This document shows positions 9,972 to 19,927 of a DNA stretch of 64,000 nucleotides, piece by piece (the first letter of the stretch is position 1; each line of letters starts with the position of its first letter). Location: the NCBI GenBank assembly GCA_963545265.1, contig CAUUHY010000002.1, positions 12,953 through 76,952 on the forward strand. Reading direction: 5' to 3'. This DNA is from an uncultured Eubacteriales bacterium. Lineage in GTDB: Bacteria > Bacillota_I > Bacilli_A > RF39 > UBA660. The notes beneath the pieces were generated by a model. It saw nothing but the letters and a program-made list of their open reading frames with translations. It did no database searches and was not told where the DNA came from. The translations under genes and the position numbers were made by a program.

Positions 9972-11692
9972 TATCAAAAGGAACAATAATAGGGGATAGA
10001 TACGAAATAATAAAATCTTTAGGAGAAGGTGGAATGGCTAACGTTTATTTAGCTAATGATATCCTTCTTAATAGAGAAGTTGCTATAAAAATGTTACGAG
10101 GAGAACTTTCTAATGAAGACAAATTTATTAAACGTTTTCAAAGAGAAGCCTTGGCTTTATCATCTTCTTCAATTTCTCATCCTAACATAGTACAAATGTA
10201 TGATTTAGGAGAAGAAAACAATAATCATTACATCGTTATGGAATATGTAAGAGGAAATACTTTAAAACATTTACTTAATAAAAGAGGTCATTTAACTTTG
10301 ACTGAGGCAGTAGATATTATGCTTCAATTAACTGAAGGAATATCACATGCTCATAAATCTTACATAATTCATAGAGATTTAAAACCTCAAAATATAATGA
10401 TAGAAGATAATGGTTTGGTTAAAATAGCTGATTTTGGTATAGCAATAGCACTTAATGCAGCTCAACTTACTCAAACTAATTCAGTTATGGGATCAGTCCA
10501 CTATCTTCCACCAGAACAAGCTAGTGGACATAAAGCAACCATCAAGTCAGATATATATTCTTTAGGTATTATGTTTTATGAATTAATAACAGGAGTTCTT
10601 CCTTTTAGAGGAGAAAATGCAGTAGAAATTGCATTAAAACATATGAAAACTCCTATAGAATCAGTAAAAAAATATAATGAAAATATTCCTCAAAGCATTG
10701 AAAATATTATATTAAAAGCAACAGCTAAAAATCCAAAAAACAGATATAATGATGTTAATGAAATGCATCAAGATTTAATGTATTGTTTAAATGATGATAT
10801 TAAAAATCAAGCAAAAGTTGTATTTAAATATCCAGAATTTAACTTCGAAGAAGCTCCAAGAATGATTATCGCTAATCCAGATAAAAAAGTTAGTAATACA
10901 GAAGAAAGATTAATAAATAAAAGTTATATATCAGAAGATAATTCAGTTAATCAGGAAGAAATAAAAGAAGAGAAAAAAGAAAAGAACTTATTAAAGATTT
11001 TAGCTTTGATATTAATTTTAATTTTTATTACTTTAGTTACTGTATTTTTATTCACAAAATTAACTGCTAATAAAAATATTAAAATTCCAAATATATCTAA
11101 TCTTTCTAGGGAAGATGCAGAAAGCGTTTTAAAAGAAAGTGGAATTTCAGTAAGTACTGAAATAAAAGAAGTAGAAAGTGATACTATAGAAAAAGGTAAA
11201 GTTGTTAAGACTGAACCAAGTATTGGATCAACTGTAAAACAAGGTAGAACTATTACAATATATATATCTTCTGGAGAAAATAAATTTATTGTAGAAAATT
11301 ATAAAAATTTAAATTTTTTAACTGTAAAAACAAAACTAGAAGAAGTATATAAAATGAAAGTAATAGAAAAGAAAAAAGAAGTTGAAAGTCTTGACTCTAT
11401 AGATCAATATACAATTTTAGACCAAGAACCAAAAGAAGGATCAAAACTTAGTATAGGTGATACTATAACTTTATATACACCAGATATTTATGATAAATAT
11501 CCAGATTTTGTTAAAGATAAATGGACAATTGAAAGAGTAAGAGATTTTGCAAGAAAATATAATATCAACTTACAAGAATCAGCAGTAGATTCAGAAAAAT
11601 CTAAAGATATTATTATCAGACAAAATAGAGAAGCAGGAACAAAGATAGAAGCTAATGCTACTTTATCAGTTAGTTATTCTAAAGGTAAATAA
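9968..11692 (+). CDS. prkC: Ser/Thr protein kinase with three PASTA domains (PrkC/StkP type)
   Basis: Hanks kinase motifs GEGGMANVY, AIK, HRDLKPQN, DFG and SDIYSLG. A TM helix (ILALILILIFITLVTVFLF) is followed by three ~65-aa PASTA-like repeats. Confidence 0.93.
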   Translation: MISKGTIIGDRYEIIKSLGEGGMANVYLANDILLNREVAIKMLRGELSNEDKFIKRFQREALALSSSSISHPNIVQMYDLGEENNNHYIVMEYVRGNTLKHLLNKRGHLTLTEAVDIMLQLTEGISHAHKSYIIHRDLKPQNIMIEDNGLVKIADFGIAIALNAAQLTQTNSVMGSVHYLPPEQASGHKATIKSDIYSLGIMFYELITGVLPFRGENAVEIALKHMKTPIESVKKYNENIPQSIENIILKATAKNPKNRYNDVNEMHQDLMYCLNDDIKNQAKVVFKYPEFNFEEAPRMIIANPDKKVSNTEERLINKSYISEDNSVNQEEIKEEKKEKNLLKILALILILIFITLVTVFLFTKLTANKNIKIPNISNLSREDAESVLKESGISVSTEIKEVESDTIEKGKVVKTEPSIGSTVKQGRTITIYISSGENKFIVENYKNLNFLTVKTKLEEVYKMKVIEKKKEVESLDSIDQYTILDQEPKEGSKLSIGDTITLYTPDIYDKYPDFVKDKWTIERVRDFARKYNINLQESAVDSEKSKDIIIRQNREAGTKIEANATLSVSYSKGK

Positions 11693-11694
11693 TT

Positions 11695-12312
11695 ATGAAA
11701 GTAGCTGTTTCAATACTTAATTCTACTAATATAAAAAGAGATTTAGAATTACTTAATAATACAAGTTGTGATTATTTACATATAGATGTTATGGATAATA
11801 AGTTTGTTACTAATCAAAATGATCCGTATGATAACTTAAAATATTATGAAAATTTATATAATAAAAGATTAGATGTGCATCTTATGTGTGAAAAACCTAT
11901 TCCTTATATAAATAAATATATAAATTTAAATACTGAATATATTACTATTCATGTTGAATTAAAAGAAGATATAGAAAAAATAATAAAATATATAAAAGAA
12001 TATGCTATTAAAGTTGGACTTGCGATAAAACCATCTACTGATGTAAGATTTATAGAACCTTTTTTGGATGATATAGATTTAGTATTACTTATGTCAGTAG
12101 AACCTGGTTATGGTGGTCAAAAATTTATACCTACTACTAATTTAAAAATAAAAGAGTTAAAAGAACTAATTAAAGATAAAAATATTTTGATATCAGTTGA
12201 TGGTGGAATAGATAATATTACAAAATCTATGGTAGAAGAAGCTGATATATTAGTTAGTGGTAGTTATATATTAAAAGGAAATTATGAAGAAAGGATAGAA
12301 ACATTAAAATGA
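11695..12312 (+). CDS. rpe: ribulose-phosphate 3-epimerase
   Basis: HIDVMD, DVHLM, HVE, MSVEPGYGGQKF and VDGGI motifs in the expected order. Confidence 0.85.
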   Translation: MKVAVSILNSTNIKRDLELLNNTSCDYLHIDVMDNKFVTNQNDPYDNLKYYENLYNKRLDVHLMCEKPIPYINKYINLNTEYITIHVELKEDIEKIIKYIKEYAIKVGLAIKPSTDVRFIEPFLDDIDLVLLMSVEPGYGGQKFIPTTNLKIKELKELIKDKNILISVDGGIDNITKSMVEEADILVSGSYILKGNYEERIETLK

Positions 12313-12857
12313 AAAAAACATTATTAGTTATGTTGTTAGTATTAATGCTTACATCTTGTAATAAACTTAAAATAGATATATCAAAAGATGGTGATACTAT
12401 AGATTATATAAAATCAGAAAATAAAAAAGAAAAAGTAACATCTATTGATAAACCTGCAAATTTAAATGAATATATAAAAGCTAAAAAATATAATAAAGTT
12501 ACACAAAAAGAAGAAGATGTATATGTAAAAATAAATACTATTAAAGAAGCTGATTTAGAAGATTTAGAATTATATAATAAAACTCATGATAAAAAATTAG
12601 TTGTTCCAACTGGATATAAATTATATAAACTAAACTATGATATTAAGTTACTTAATTATAAAACTAATGAAGATATGGAAAACGGTAGTATAGATATTAA
12701 AATAATAGATAAAAATAGTAAAGTATTAACTGAAATCTATTATTTAAAAGAATCTGAAGGTCTTAAAACTAATGATATAGGTAATGTTTCTGTTTTATTT
12801 ACATTAAATGCTTCAGAAGAATTTATAGTAAATATTGGAGGAAGTTATATAAGATGA
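12309..12857 (+). CDS. lipoprotein, function unknown
   Basis: Signal peptide with lipobox LMLTSC. 4-nt overlaps with both neighbours. Confidence 0.6.
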   Translation: MKKTLLVMLLVLMLTSCNKLKIDISKDGDTIDYIKSENKKEKVTSIDKPANLNEYIKAKKYNKVTQKEEDVYVKINTIKEADLEDLELYNKTHDKKLVVPTGYKLYKLNYDIKLLNYKTNEDMENGSIDIKIIDKNSKVLTEIYYLKESEGLKTNDIGNVSVLFTLNASEEFIVNIGGSYIR

Positions 12858-13981
12858 TTTATTTAGATTATTCTGCTACTACAAAGTGCGATGAAAATAT
12901 ATTAGATACTTATGTAAAGGTTAGTAGAGATTATTTTGCAAATAGTTCATCAGAATATTCTATAGCTTATCAAGTTAAAGAATTAATAGATACTGCTACA
13001 CAACAAATAGCAGATCTTTTTTCTGTAAAGAAAAGTGAAATAATTTATACATCTTCTGCTACTGAATCAAATAATACTGCTATAAAAGGTATGAGTTTTT
13101 ATGAAAATAGAGATAAGTTAATTATAACTTCTACTAAGATACATTCTAGTATAAAAGAAACTTTAAAATATATGGAAAGTTTAGGTTATAAAGTGTATTT
13201 TTTAAAAAATGATAATAGTGGACGAATAGATATTGATGATTTGAAAAATAATATTTTTAATGCTTCTTTAGTAACTATTCCTTTAATATCAAGTGAAGTA
13301 GGTGTAATAGAAAATCTAGAGGAAATTAAAAAGATAGTTAAATTAAATCCTAGATGTTTATTACATGTAGATGCTACTCAAGCAGTAGGTAAAATAAATT
13401 TTAATATGGAAGATATAGATATGCTTAGTTTATCTGCTCATAAACTTTTTGGTATAAAAAATAGTGCTTTACTTATTAAAAAAGAAAAAGTTAATTTAAT
13501 ACCTTTAATTCATGGAGGTATTTCAACTACTCGTTTTAGAAGTGGAACAGCTGATCAAGCAAGTATCGTTTGCATGGCTAAAACACTTAGAAAAGCATTA
13601 GAAAATATAGATGAAAAATATAAATATGTAGAAGAGTTAAAACTTGATTTAATAAAATTCTTTAAAAAATATGATAGAGTAGTTTTAAATTCGAAAGAGT
13701 ACACTAGTCCATATATATTAAATTTATCTTTTTTAGGAGTTAAAATAGAAAGTTTTATCCATAAAATGGAAGAAAACAAAGTATATTTATCTACAAAAAG
13801 TGCTTGTAGTAATGATAAATTATTAAGTGATGAAGTATACTCTTTATATAATGATGAACAAAGAGCTAAAACATCATTTAGAATATCTCTTTCATATAAA
13901 ACTACTAGAGAAGAAATAGAGGAATTTAAAAATATATTTGATAAAGTATATAAAAGTTTTATTAATATAATAAATATTTAA
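12854..13981 (+). CDS. cysteine desulfurase (class V aminotransferase, NifS/IscS-like)
   Basis: YLDYSATT start, SATESNN, HVDATQAVG, PLP-lysine motif SLSAHKLFG, active-site Cys context STKSACS and C-terminal RISLS. Confidence 0.8.
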   Translation: MIYLDYSATTKCDENILDTYVKVSRDYFANSSSEYSIAYQVKELIDTATQQIADLFSVKKSEIIYTSSATESNNTAIKGMSFYENRDKLIITSTKIHSSIKETLKYMESLGYKVYFLKNDNSGRIDIDDLKNNIFNASLVTIPLISSEVGVIENLEEIKKIVKLNPRCLLHVDATQAVGKINFNMEDIDMLSLSAHKLFGIKNSALLIKKEKVNLIPLIHGGISTTRFRSGTADQASIVCMAKTLRKALENIDEKYKYVEELKLDLIKFFKKYDRVVLNSKEYTSPYILNLSFLGVKIESFIHKMEENKVYLSTKSACSNDKLLSDEVYSLYNDEQRAKTSFRISLSYKTTREEIEEFKNIFDKVYKSFINIINI

Positions 13982-14154
13982 AGTAATACTGAATACTGTT
14001 AAAATAACATATTTATATATCGTTTTTTTGTTAGTATATTTATTCACACTATTAATATTTTTATTTTATTTTTGAGATTTATAAAAAGTTTAAAATATTT
14101 AATGCAAGTTATAATTAATTTATGTTATACTTTAAAAGTAGAAAAGAGGTTGTT

Positions 14155-14472
14155 ATGGAGTTATTTATTATAATAATTTTATTATTAATAGTTATATTTT
14201 ATTTTAGAAGATTTTCATCTTTTGTATATGCATTTGCATTGATTGATATCTTATTAAGAATGCTTAATTTTATTAGAATTTATACTGCAAGATCAGTTCC
14301 AGAATTAAGTCATTTACTATACAGATATTTTCCAAGTGATTTACTTAGTGTAGTTGCTAAATATATTCCATCTAATACAATTTTGTTTGTTATAATTGCT
14401 TGGGCTTGCTTAGTATTATATATTTGTTTTTGGTTTTATAACTTTAAATTTTTCTTAAAGAAAGGTAAATAA
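14155..14472 (+). CDS. small integral membrane protein (about 105 aa)
   Basis: Three predicted hydrophobic helices. The ATG at 14155, preceded by AAGAGG, is preferred over the ORF-track start at 14122. Confidence 0.45.
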   Translation: MELFIIIILLLIVIFYFRRFSSFVYAFALIDILLRMLNFIRIYTARSVPELSHLLYRYFPSDLLSVVAKYIPSNTILFVIIAWACLVLYICFWFYNFKFFLKKGK

Positions 14473-14473
14473 G

Positions 14474-15265
14474 ATGATAGAAGCAATAATATTAGGAATA
14501 GTACAAGGAATAACAGAATTTTTACCGGTTTCTTCATCAGCTCATTTAATAATATTTAGGGAAGTATTTAACATAGGAGCTTCTATTTCAAAGTATGGAC
14601 TTGCTTTTGATTTAGCTCTTCATGTTGGAACATTACTTGCAGTTATTATATTTTTCTTTAATGACTTATGGAAAATTTTTATAAATGGAGTTACAAAACC
14701 AAAAGAAAATAAATTGTTTTTCTATCTTATAGTTGCAACTATACCTGCAGCACTTGCTGGTATATTACTTGAAGATGTTATAGATTCTATTTTTAGAAAT
14801 AATTTAATTATTATAGGTTTTGGTTTAATAATTATGGGTATAGTACTTTTTATTGCTGATACTTATAGTAAAGAAAATAAAAGTCTTGAAAAAATCACTT
14901 TAAAAGATGCTATATTAATTGGTATTATGCAAACTTTTGCACTTATTCCAGGGTTTTCAAGAAGTGGTACTACAATATCAACAGCAAGAATATTAAAAAT
15001 AAGTAGAGAAGATGCAACTAAATTTTCCTTTTTCTTATCTATTCCTGTTATAGCAGGAGGAGCTTTATTAAAGCTTTTAAAACATTCTAAAGAGGTAATA
15101 AATCATTTAAGTATCTTTAGTATAGGAACTATAACATCGTTTATTGTTGGTATTTTAACTATAAAATTCTTATTAAAATATTTAAAGAAAAATGACTTTA
15201 GTTTATTTATGATTTGGAGAATCTTACTTGGATTATTTATAATTTTCTTTGTTATTTTTAAATAA
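14474..15265 (+). CDS. uppP: undecaprenyl-diphosphate phosphatase
   Basis: BacA/UppP motifs GIVQGITEFLPVSSSAHL and PGFSRSG. Polytopic membrane protein of typical length. Confidence 0.9.
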   Translation: MIEAIILGIVQGITEFLPVSSSAHLIIFREVFNIGASISKYGLAFDLALHVGTLLAVIIFFFNDLWKIFINGVTKPKENKLFFYLIVATIPAALAGILLEDVIDSIFRNNLIIIGFGLIIMGIVLFIADTYSKENKSLEKITLKDAILIGIMQTFALIPGFSRSGTTISTARILKISREDATKFSFFLSIPVIAGGALLKLLKHSKEVINHLSIFSIGTITSFIVGILTIKFLLKYLKKNDFSLFMIWRILLGLFIIFFVIFK

Positions 15266-15276
15266 TAAATTCTAAA

Positions 15277-15310
15277 ATAAAGAGACACTATAAAAGTGTC
15301 TCTTTATTTA
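15277..15310. terminator. rho-independent terminator after uppP
   Basis: Stem ATAAAGAGACAC / GTGTCTCTTTAT with a 7-nt loop, flanked by A/T runs. Confidence 0.65.
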
Positions 15311-15386
15311 TATGATAATTGAAGAAAAAATATAGTAGAATTTATATTTAATGTATTATATAATTATTTTAAGGAGGATTGAAAAT

Positions 15387-15956
15387 ATGGGTACTGGATT
15401 AATAGTTATTTTAGTTATAGTAGGTATAATTGTTCTTATAGCAGGATGGTTTATCTTAACTTATAATGGATTAACTGTAGCATTTTCTAGAGTTGAAGAA
15501 GCTTTCTCACATATGGATATATATCTTAAGAAAAGATTTGATTTAATACCTAATTTAGTGGAAACTACTAAGGGTATGGCTAAACATGAAGAAGCAATAT
15601 TTACAAGAGTAGCTGCTGCTAGAAGTGGAGTATTAAATGCTAAATCTTTAGAAGATAAAGTAGAAGCTGAAAATAATTTTGGTGCTGCAATTAGAGGACT
15701 TGTAGCAACTTACGAAAATTATCCACAAATTACTGCAACACCAGGATTTCAAGAATTAATGAGTAGTTTAAAAGAAATTGAAGCTGAAATTTCATCTACA
15801 AGAGAATTTTATAATGGTGCAGTTAGAGTATTTAACAATAAAGTGTTAGTATTTCCAACTGTATTAATTGCAAATATGTTTGGATTTAAGAAACAACCTT
15901 ACTTTGAAGTTAAAGACGAAAAAGAAAGAGAAAACGTTAAAGTAAGTTTTGAATAA
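15387..15956 (+). CDS. lemA: LemA family membrane protein
   Basis: N-terminal TM helix, then YNGL..V..A.S..D..LKKRFDLIPNLVET, typical of LemA. The ATG at 15387, 10 nt after AAGGAGG, is preferred over the ORF-track start. Confidence 0.88.
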   Translation: MGTGLIVILVIVGIIVLIAGWFILTYNGLTVAFSRVEEAFSHMDIYLKKRFDLIPNLVETTKGMAKHEEAIFTRVAAARSGVLNAKSLEDKVEAENNFGAAIRGLVATYENYPQITATPGFQELMSSLKEIEAEISSTREFYNGAVRVFNNKVLVFPTVLIANMFGFKKQPYFEVKDEKERENVKVSFE

Positions 15957-15970
15957 AATCGTTAATAAAA

Positions 15971-16002
15971 AGGAAAATAATTTATGTTATTTTTCTTTTT
16001 TT
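15971..16002 (+). terminator. putative rho-independent terminator after lemA
   Basis: Stem AGGAAAATAA / TTATTTTTCT (one G-T pair) followed by a T-run. Confidence 0.4.
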
Positions 16003-16039
16003 GTGTTATTATTTAATTAAATATAATTGGGAGATATTT

Positions 16040-17923
16040 ATGAAAAGTATAAAAAAAATATTCTTGTTAATGGTTTTATTTTTATCTTCAATAACTGTTT
16101 TAGCTTATGGTAATGAAACAGAAGCTTTTTATTATGACAGTATAAATGTAGATATAGAAATAAAAGAAAAAGGAATTTTAGAAGTAACGGAGACTAGAAA
16201 TACCGTCTTTAATCAATCTAGAAGAGGAATTTATTTTAATTTATCTGAAAATTTTATATTAAATTTTTCTGGAGAAGAAATTAAAAGAAAGTTTGACATT
16301 TATGATGTTAATGTATTATCTGGGCACAGTTATAAAGTAACTAGAAACAGTTCTGGTACTATTAATATTAGACTTGGTAATCCTAATTATTATGCTAATA
16401 CTAATGAAAGCTATGTAATAAATTACAAAATATTAACTAAAGATTTGGGGTTAGATAGCGAAATTCTTTATTATAATTTACTTGGTAGAGAATCAACAAT
16501 TACTAAAAAATTAACTTTTAAAATAACCAGTTATAAAGATACTGATTTTTCTAAGTTAAAATTTTATAAAGGAAATAATAATATAGAATTTAAAAATGTA
16601 AAAACTACAATTACATCTAATTCTATAGAAGGAGAAGTATTAGAAGAATTTTCTCAATATGAACCTTTTACAACTATAATTACTTTTGATAAAGGATATT
16701 ATGGATATCCAAATTTAAAAAGTATTAGTGGATCAATGACATTTATAATAATTGCTTGTTTTGTTTTAGCGATATTGTTTTTAGTACACAATACTAAAGG
16801 TAAAGATGAAGAAATAATAGAACAAATCACTATGAAAATACCAGAAGGATTAAATTCTGCTGATATCGCTTATTTATATGAAAACAACACTAGTCAAAGA
16901 GCAGTTATGTCTTTATTATTTCAATTAGCAAATGAAAAGTATATAAAAATTGAAGCAGAAAAAAATAAATTTTTAATTACAAAATTAAAAGAATATAATG
17001 ATAATGATCAAGCTAAAGATAAAGTAATGAAAATGATTTTTTATAATAATCAAAATCAAATAGATTTAGCTAATTCAAATACCACATTAGGAAAAGAATT
17101 ATATGATGGATTTGCTCGTATAGCAATAATTACAGAGAATAAATTTCAAAAAGAGAAAAAATTATATAATCACAACCATGGGTTATTAGTATTATTTTCC
17201 TTAATAATTTCCTTGTTACAAATAACATATTTAATATTTGCTACATATTCTGTATCTAATTCGTTATTTTTTTCAAACGATTGGTCATTATATTTAATAA
17301 TTTTTATTTATAATATTTTGCTAGTATTTATATTAGAAAAATCATACTTAACTTTAAAGGGAAAAACAAACTCTAAATTTGGGTTTATATTTACTGTTTT
17401 TATTTCTGGAATAGTATATTTATATTTAATATATTATATGCAAAAGAATGTTTTATCTATTTCAATATTTGATATATTATTTACAGTTATTTGTGTTATA
17501 ATTAGTCTTTTAATTCCTTATTTAGGTCAAAGAACAGAATATGGTAATAAATTATTAGGTAAAGTTAAAGGACTTCATACATTTATAACATATACTAAAG
17601 AAGATAAATTAAAAATGTATTTAGATCAGAATCCTAATTTATTTTTTGATATTTTACCAGTAGCATTTGCTTTTGGACTTACTAAAAAATGGTTAAATCT
17701 ATTTAAAAATTATAATATAGAAGAAATGAATAATTCCTATTTATATAATTATTCAACAATTAATTATTTATCAAACTATAATAACAATATATCTTCTATA
17801 ATGCCTTCATATAATGAATATAAATCCGAAATAAGTAGATCATCTTCATCTGGAGGTTCTTCTGGATATAGTGGATTTGGTGGAGGAGGATTTGGTGGTT
17901 CTACTTCGTCAGGTTCTTGGTAA
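16040..17923 (+). CDS. DUF2207-type membrane protein (copy 1) with Gly/Ser-rich C-terminal tail
   Basis: Signal peptide, an extracellular ~230-aa domain, multiple TM helices, the conserved RTEYGNK..VKGLHTFI..TKEDK..FFDILPVAFAFGLTKKW block and the tail SSSSGGSSGYSGFGGGGFGGSTSSGSW. LemA-DUF2207 adjacency is a known pairing. The ATG at 16040 is preferred. Confidence 0.8.
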   Translation: MKSIKKIFLLMVLFLSSITVLAYGNETEAFYYDSINVDIEIKEKGILEVTETRNTVFNQSRRGIYFNLSENFILNFSGEEIKRKFDIYDVNVLSGHSYKVTRNSSGTINIRLGNPNYYANTNESYVINYKILTKDLGLDSEILYYNLLGRESTITKKLTFKITSYKDTDFSKLKFYKGNNNIEFKNVKTTITSNSIEGEVLEEFSQYEPFTTIITFDKGYYGYPNLKSISGSMTFIIIACFVLAILFLVHNTKGKDEEIIEQITMKIPEGLNSADIAYLYENNTSQRAVMSLLFQLANEKYIKIEAEKNKFLITKLKEYNDNDQAKDKVMKMIFYNNQNQIDLANSNTTLGKELYDGFARIAIITENKFQKEKKLYNHNHGLLVLFSLIISLLQITYLIFATYSVSNSLFFSNDWSLYLIIFIYNILLVFILEKSYLTLKGKTNSKFGFIFTVFISGIVYLYLIYYMQKNVLSISIFDILFTVICVIISLLIPYLGQRTEYGNKLLGKVKGLHTFITYTKEDKLKMYLDQNPNLFFDILPVAFAFGLTKKWLNLFKNYNIEEMNNSYLYNYSTINYLSNYNNNISSIMPSYNEYKSEISRSSSSGGSSGYSGFGGGGFGGSTSSGSW

Positions 17924-17979
17924 AATTAAAAAAATTACTTTACTTTTAAAATAATTTTAGTAATAAAAGGAGTTTTAGA

Positions 17980-19869
17980 ATGAAAAAAAATATACAAAAA
18001 TTATTAATGTTAATTGTTTTAATATTAATATCAGGAAATGTATACGCATATAATAATGATTATTTATATAAAAACGAAGATTTTTATTATGAAAATATTC
18101 ATTATGATATAGAAATATATGAAAAAGGTATTATTAAAATTACTCAAAGAAGAATAGTTCATTATAATAAACCACTACATGGAATAATTGTTAATTTAGG
18201 GGAACGAGTTAATTATAATGATAATAATAATAAAATAACATTAATAAATAATGTATATGATTTTAATATGATATCAGAACACAATTATAAAACTACAAGA
18301 GATCATGATACTTTAAGAGTAAAAATAGGTAGTCCTAATTATTATGCCAATATGGAAGAAGAATATATTTTTAATTATAAAGTTCTTATAAAAGATATTA
18401 ATAAATCTTATGAATTACTAAATTTTAAATTTAAGGATGGTGATACTAATTCAATAAAAAAACTTACTTTTAAAATTACTAGTTATAAAGATACTGATTT
18501 TACTAAGATGAAATTCTATAAAGGAATACATAGCACGTTAGAATTTAAAAATATAAGGCTAAATTTTACATCTAATTCTATAGAAGGAGAAGTAAGAGAA
18601 CCAATATTAAATAATGAAAGCTTTTCTTGTAATATGATGTTTGAAAAAGGATATTTTAATTATATAAAAAAGAAAGATAATTTTTTAAATGTTTTATTTA
18701 TTATAATAGCTTTATTTAGTAGTATTATTTTTTATTTAATATATTATTTTATTGGAAAAGATAAAAATTTAATAAGTCCAATTACTATGTCTATTCCAAA
18801 TGATATTACTTCTTTAGATGTTTCTTATATTTATAACGGATATATTGATTCTACTAGTATAATGTCTTTATTATTTGAGTTAGCAAACAAAAAATATATA
18901 AAAATTGAAGCTCATAAAAATAAGTTTTTAGTAAGTAAGATAAAGGATTATGATGGAGATGATAAATCAGTTAAAGAGTTATTAAGTTGTTTATTTCACG
19001 ATGGATTAAAAATTGTTAATCTAAAAACAAAAAATAAAAAATTTGGAGAAAATTTATATAATACTTTTAAAAAAATTAAAAAATATACTAAAACAAAATT
19101 TTTAAAAGATAAAAAGTTATATAATAATAATATTATATCTATATTAATTTTTACATTAATTATATCTATCGTTCAAATTTTATATTTAGTATTTTGTTCT
19201 TTTTCTATAATGGAATATTTTGGTGGAATAAATGATGAAGAAAATATAATGATTGTAACTTGTTTAATGATTTTTAATTTTTTAATTGGAATTCTTGCTA
19301 ATAAATTTTATAGTAATGTAAATAATAAATATAAAATTGTATTAGGTAGTTTTATTACATTTATATATTTTATACTTTATTTGATAACAATAAATCATAT
19401 ACAAAAGGGCGTAATTCCTCTAACATTTTTAGATGTTTTATTTAGCTTAATTTGTTATTTTAATATATTTTTAATACAATTTTTATCTAAAAGAACAGAA
19501 TATGGAAATAAAATTTCAGGAGAAGTAAAAGGACTTCATACTTTTATAAAATATACAAAAGAAGATAAAATAAAAATGTTGTTAGATGACAATCCTAAGT
19601 TATTCTTTGATATATTACCAGTAGCATTTGCATTTGGACTTACTAAAAAATGGTTGGAAGTATTTAAAGAACTAGATTATAAATATTCTGATATAGATAA
19701 TTTTGATTATTTATATTCTTTAGATACCCTTTTTTCTATAGCTGATTTTAATAACGAAGGAATCAATTATATATCTTCTTATGGTGAATATGTTAGTGAA
19801 ATATCAGATTCTGGATTTAGTGGGTCAAGTGATAGTGGATTTGGTGATGGAGGAGATAGTGGATGGTAA
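17980..19869 (+). CDS. DUF2207-type membrane protein (copy 2)
   Basis: Collinear paralogue of the preceding gene with the same conserved blocks. Its tail is SDSGFSGSSDSGFGDGGDSGW. Confidence 0.8.
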   Translation: MKKNIQKLLMLIVLILISGNVYAYNNDYLYKNEDFYYENIHYDIEIYEKGIIKITQRRIVHYNKPLHGIIVNLGERVNYNDNNNKITLINNVYDFNMISEHNYKTTRDHDTLRVKIGSPNYYANMEEEYIFNYKVLIKDINKSYELLNFKFKDGDTNSIKKLTFKITSYKDTDFTKMKFYKGIHSTLEFKNIRLNFTSNSIEGEVREPILNNESFSCNMMFEKGYFNYIKKKDNFLNVLFIIIALFSSIIFYLIYYFIGKDKNLISPITMSIPNDITSLDVSYIYNGYIDSTSIMSLLFELANKKYIKIEAHKNKFLVSKIKDYDGDDKSVKELLSCLFHDGLKIVNLKTKNKKFGENLYNTFKKIKKYTKTKFLKDKKLYNNNIISILIFTLIISIVQILYLVFCSFSIMEYFGGINDEENIMIVTCLMIFNFLIGILANKFYSNVNNKYKIVLGSFITFIYFILYLITINHIQKGVIPLTFLDVLFSLICYFNIFLIQFLSKRTEYGNKISGEVKGLHTFIKYTKEDKIKMLLDDNPKLFFDILPVAFAFGLTKKWLEVFKELDYKYSDIDNFDYLYSLDTLFSIADFNNEGINYISSYGEYVSEISDSGFSGSSDSGFGDGGDSGW

Positions 19870-19899
19870 AAGCAATCATATATTGCTTTTTCTTTTTTT
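19869..19899 (+). terminator. rho-independent terminator
   Basis: Stem AAAGCAAT / ATTGCTTT followed by TTCTTTTTTT. Confidence 0.6.
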
Positions 19900-19912
19900 A
19901 AACATTTAAAAA

Positions 19913-19921
19913 TGATATAAT
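19913..19921 (+). promoter_or_regulatory. extended -10 element TGATATAAT immediately upstream of xerD
   Basis: Perfect TGnTATAAT. Only 6 nt separate its last base from the A of the ATG at 19928. Confidence 0.45.
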
Positions 19922-19927
19922 TAACTT

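Noticed and set aside
11692-11695. rsgA/cpgA is absent between prkC and rpe, unlike the B. subtilis prpC-prkC-cpgA-rpe order.
   Set aside because: This is a gene-order difference only. rsgA may be elsewhere in the genome, so it is not informative without the full assembly.
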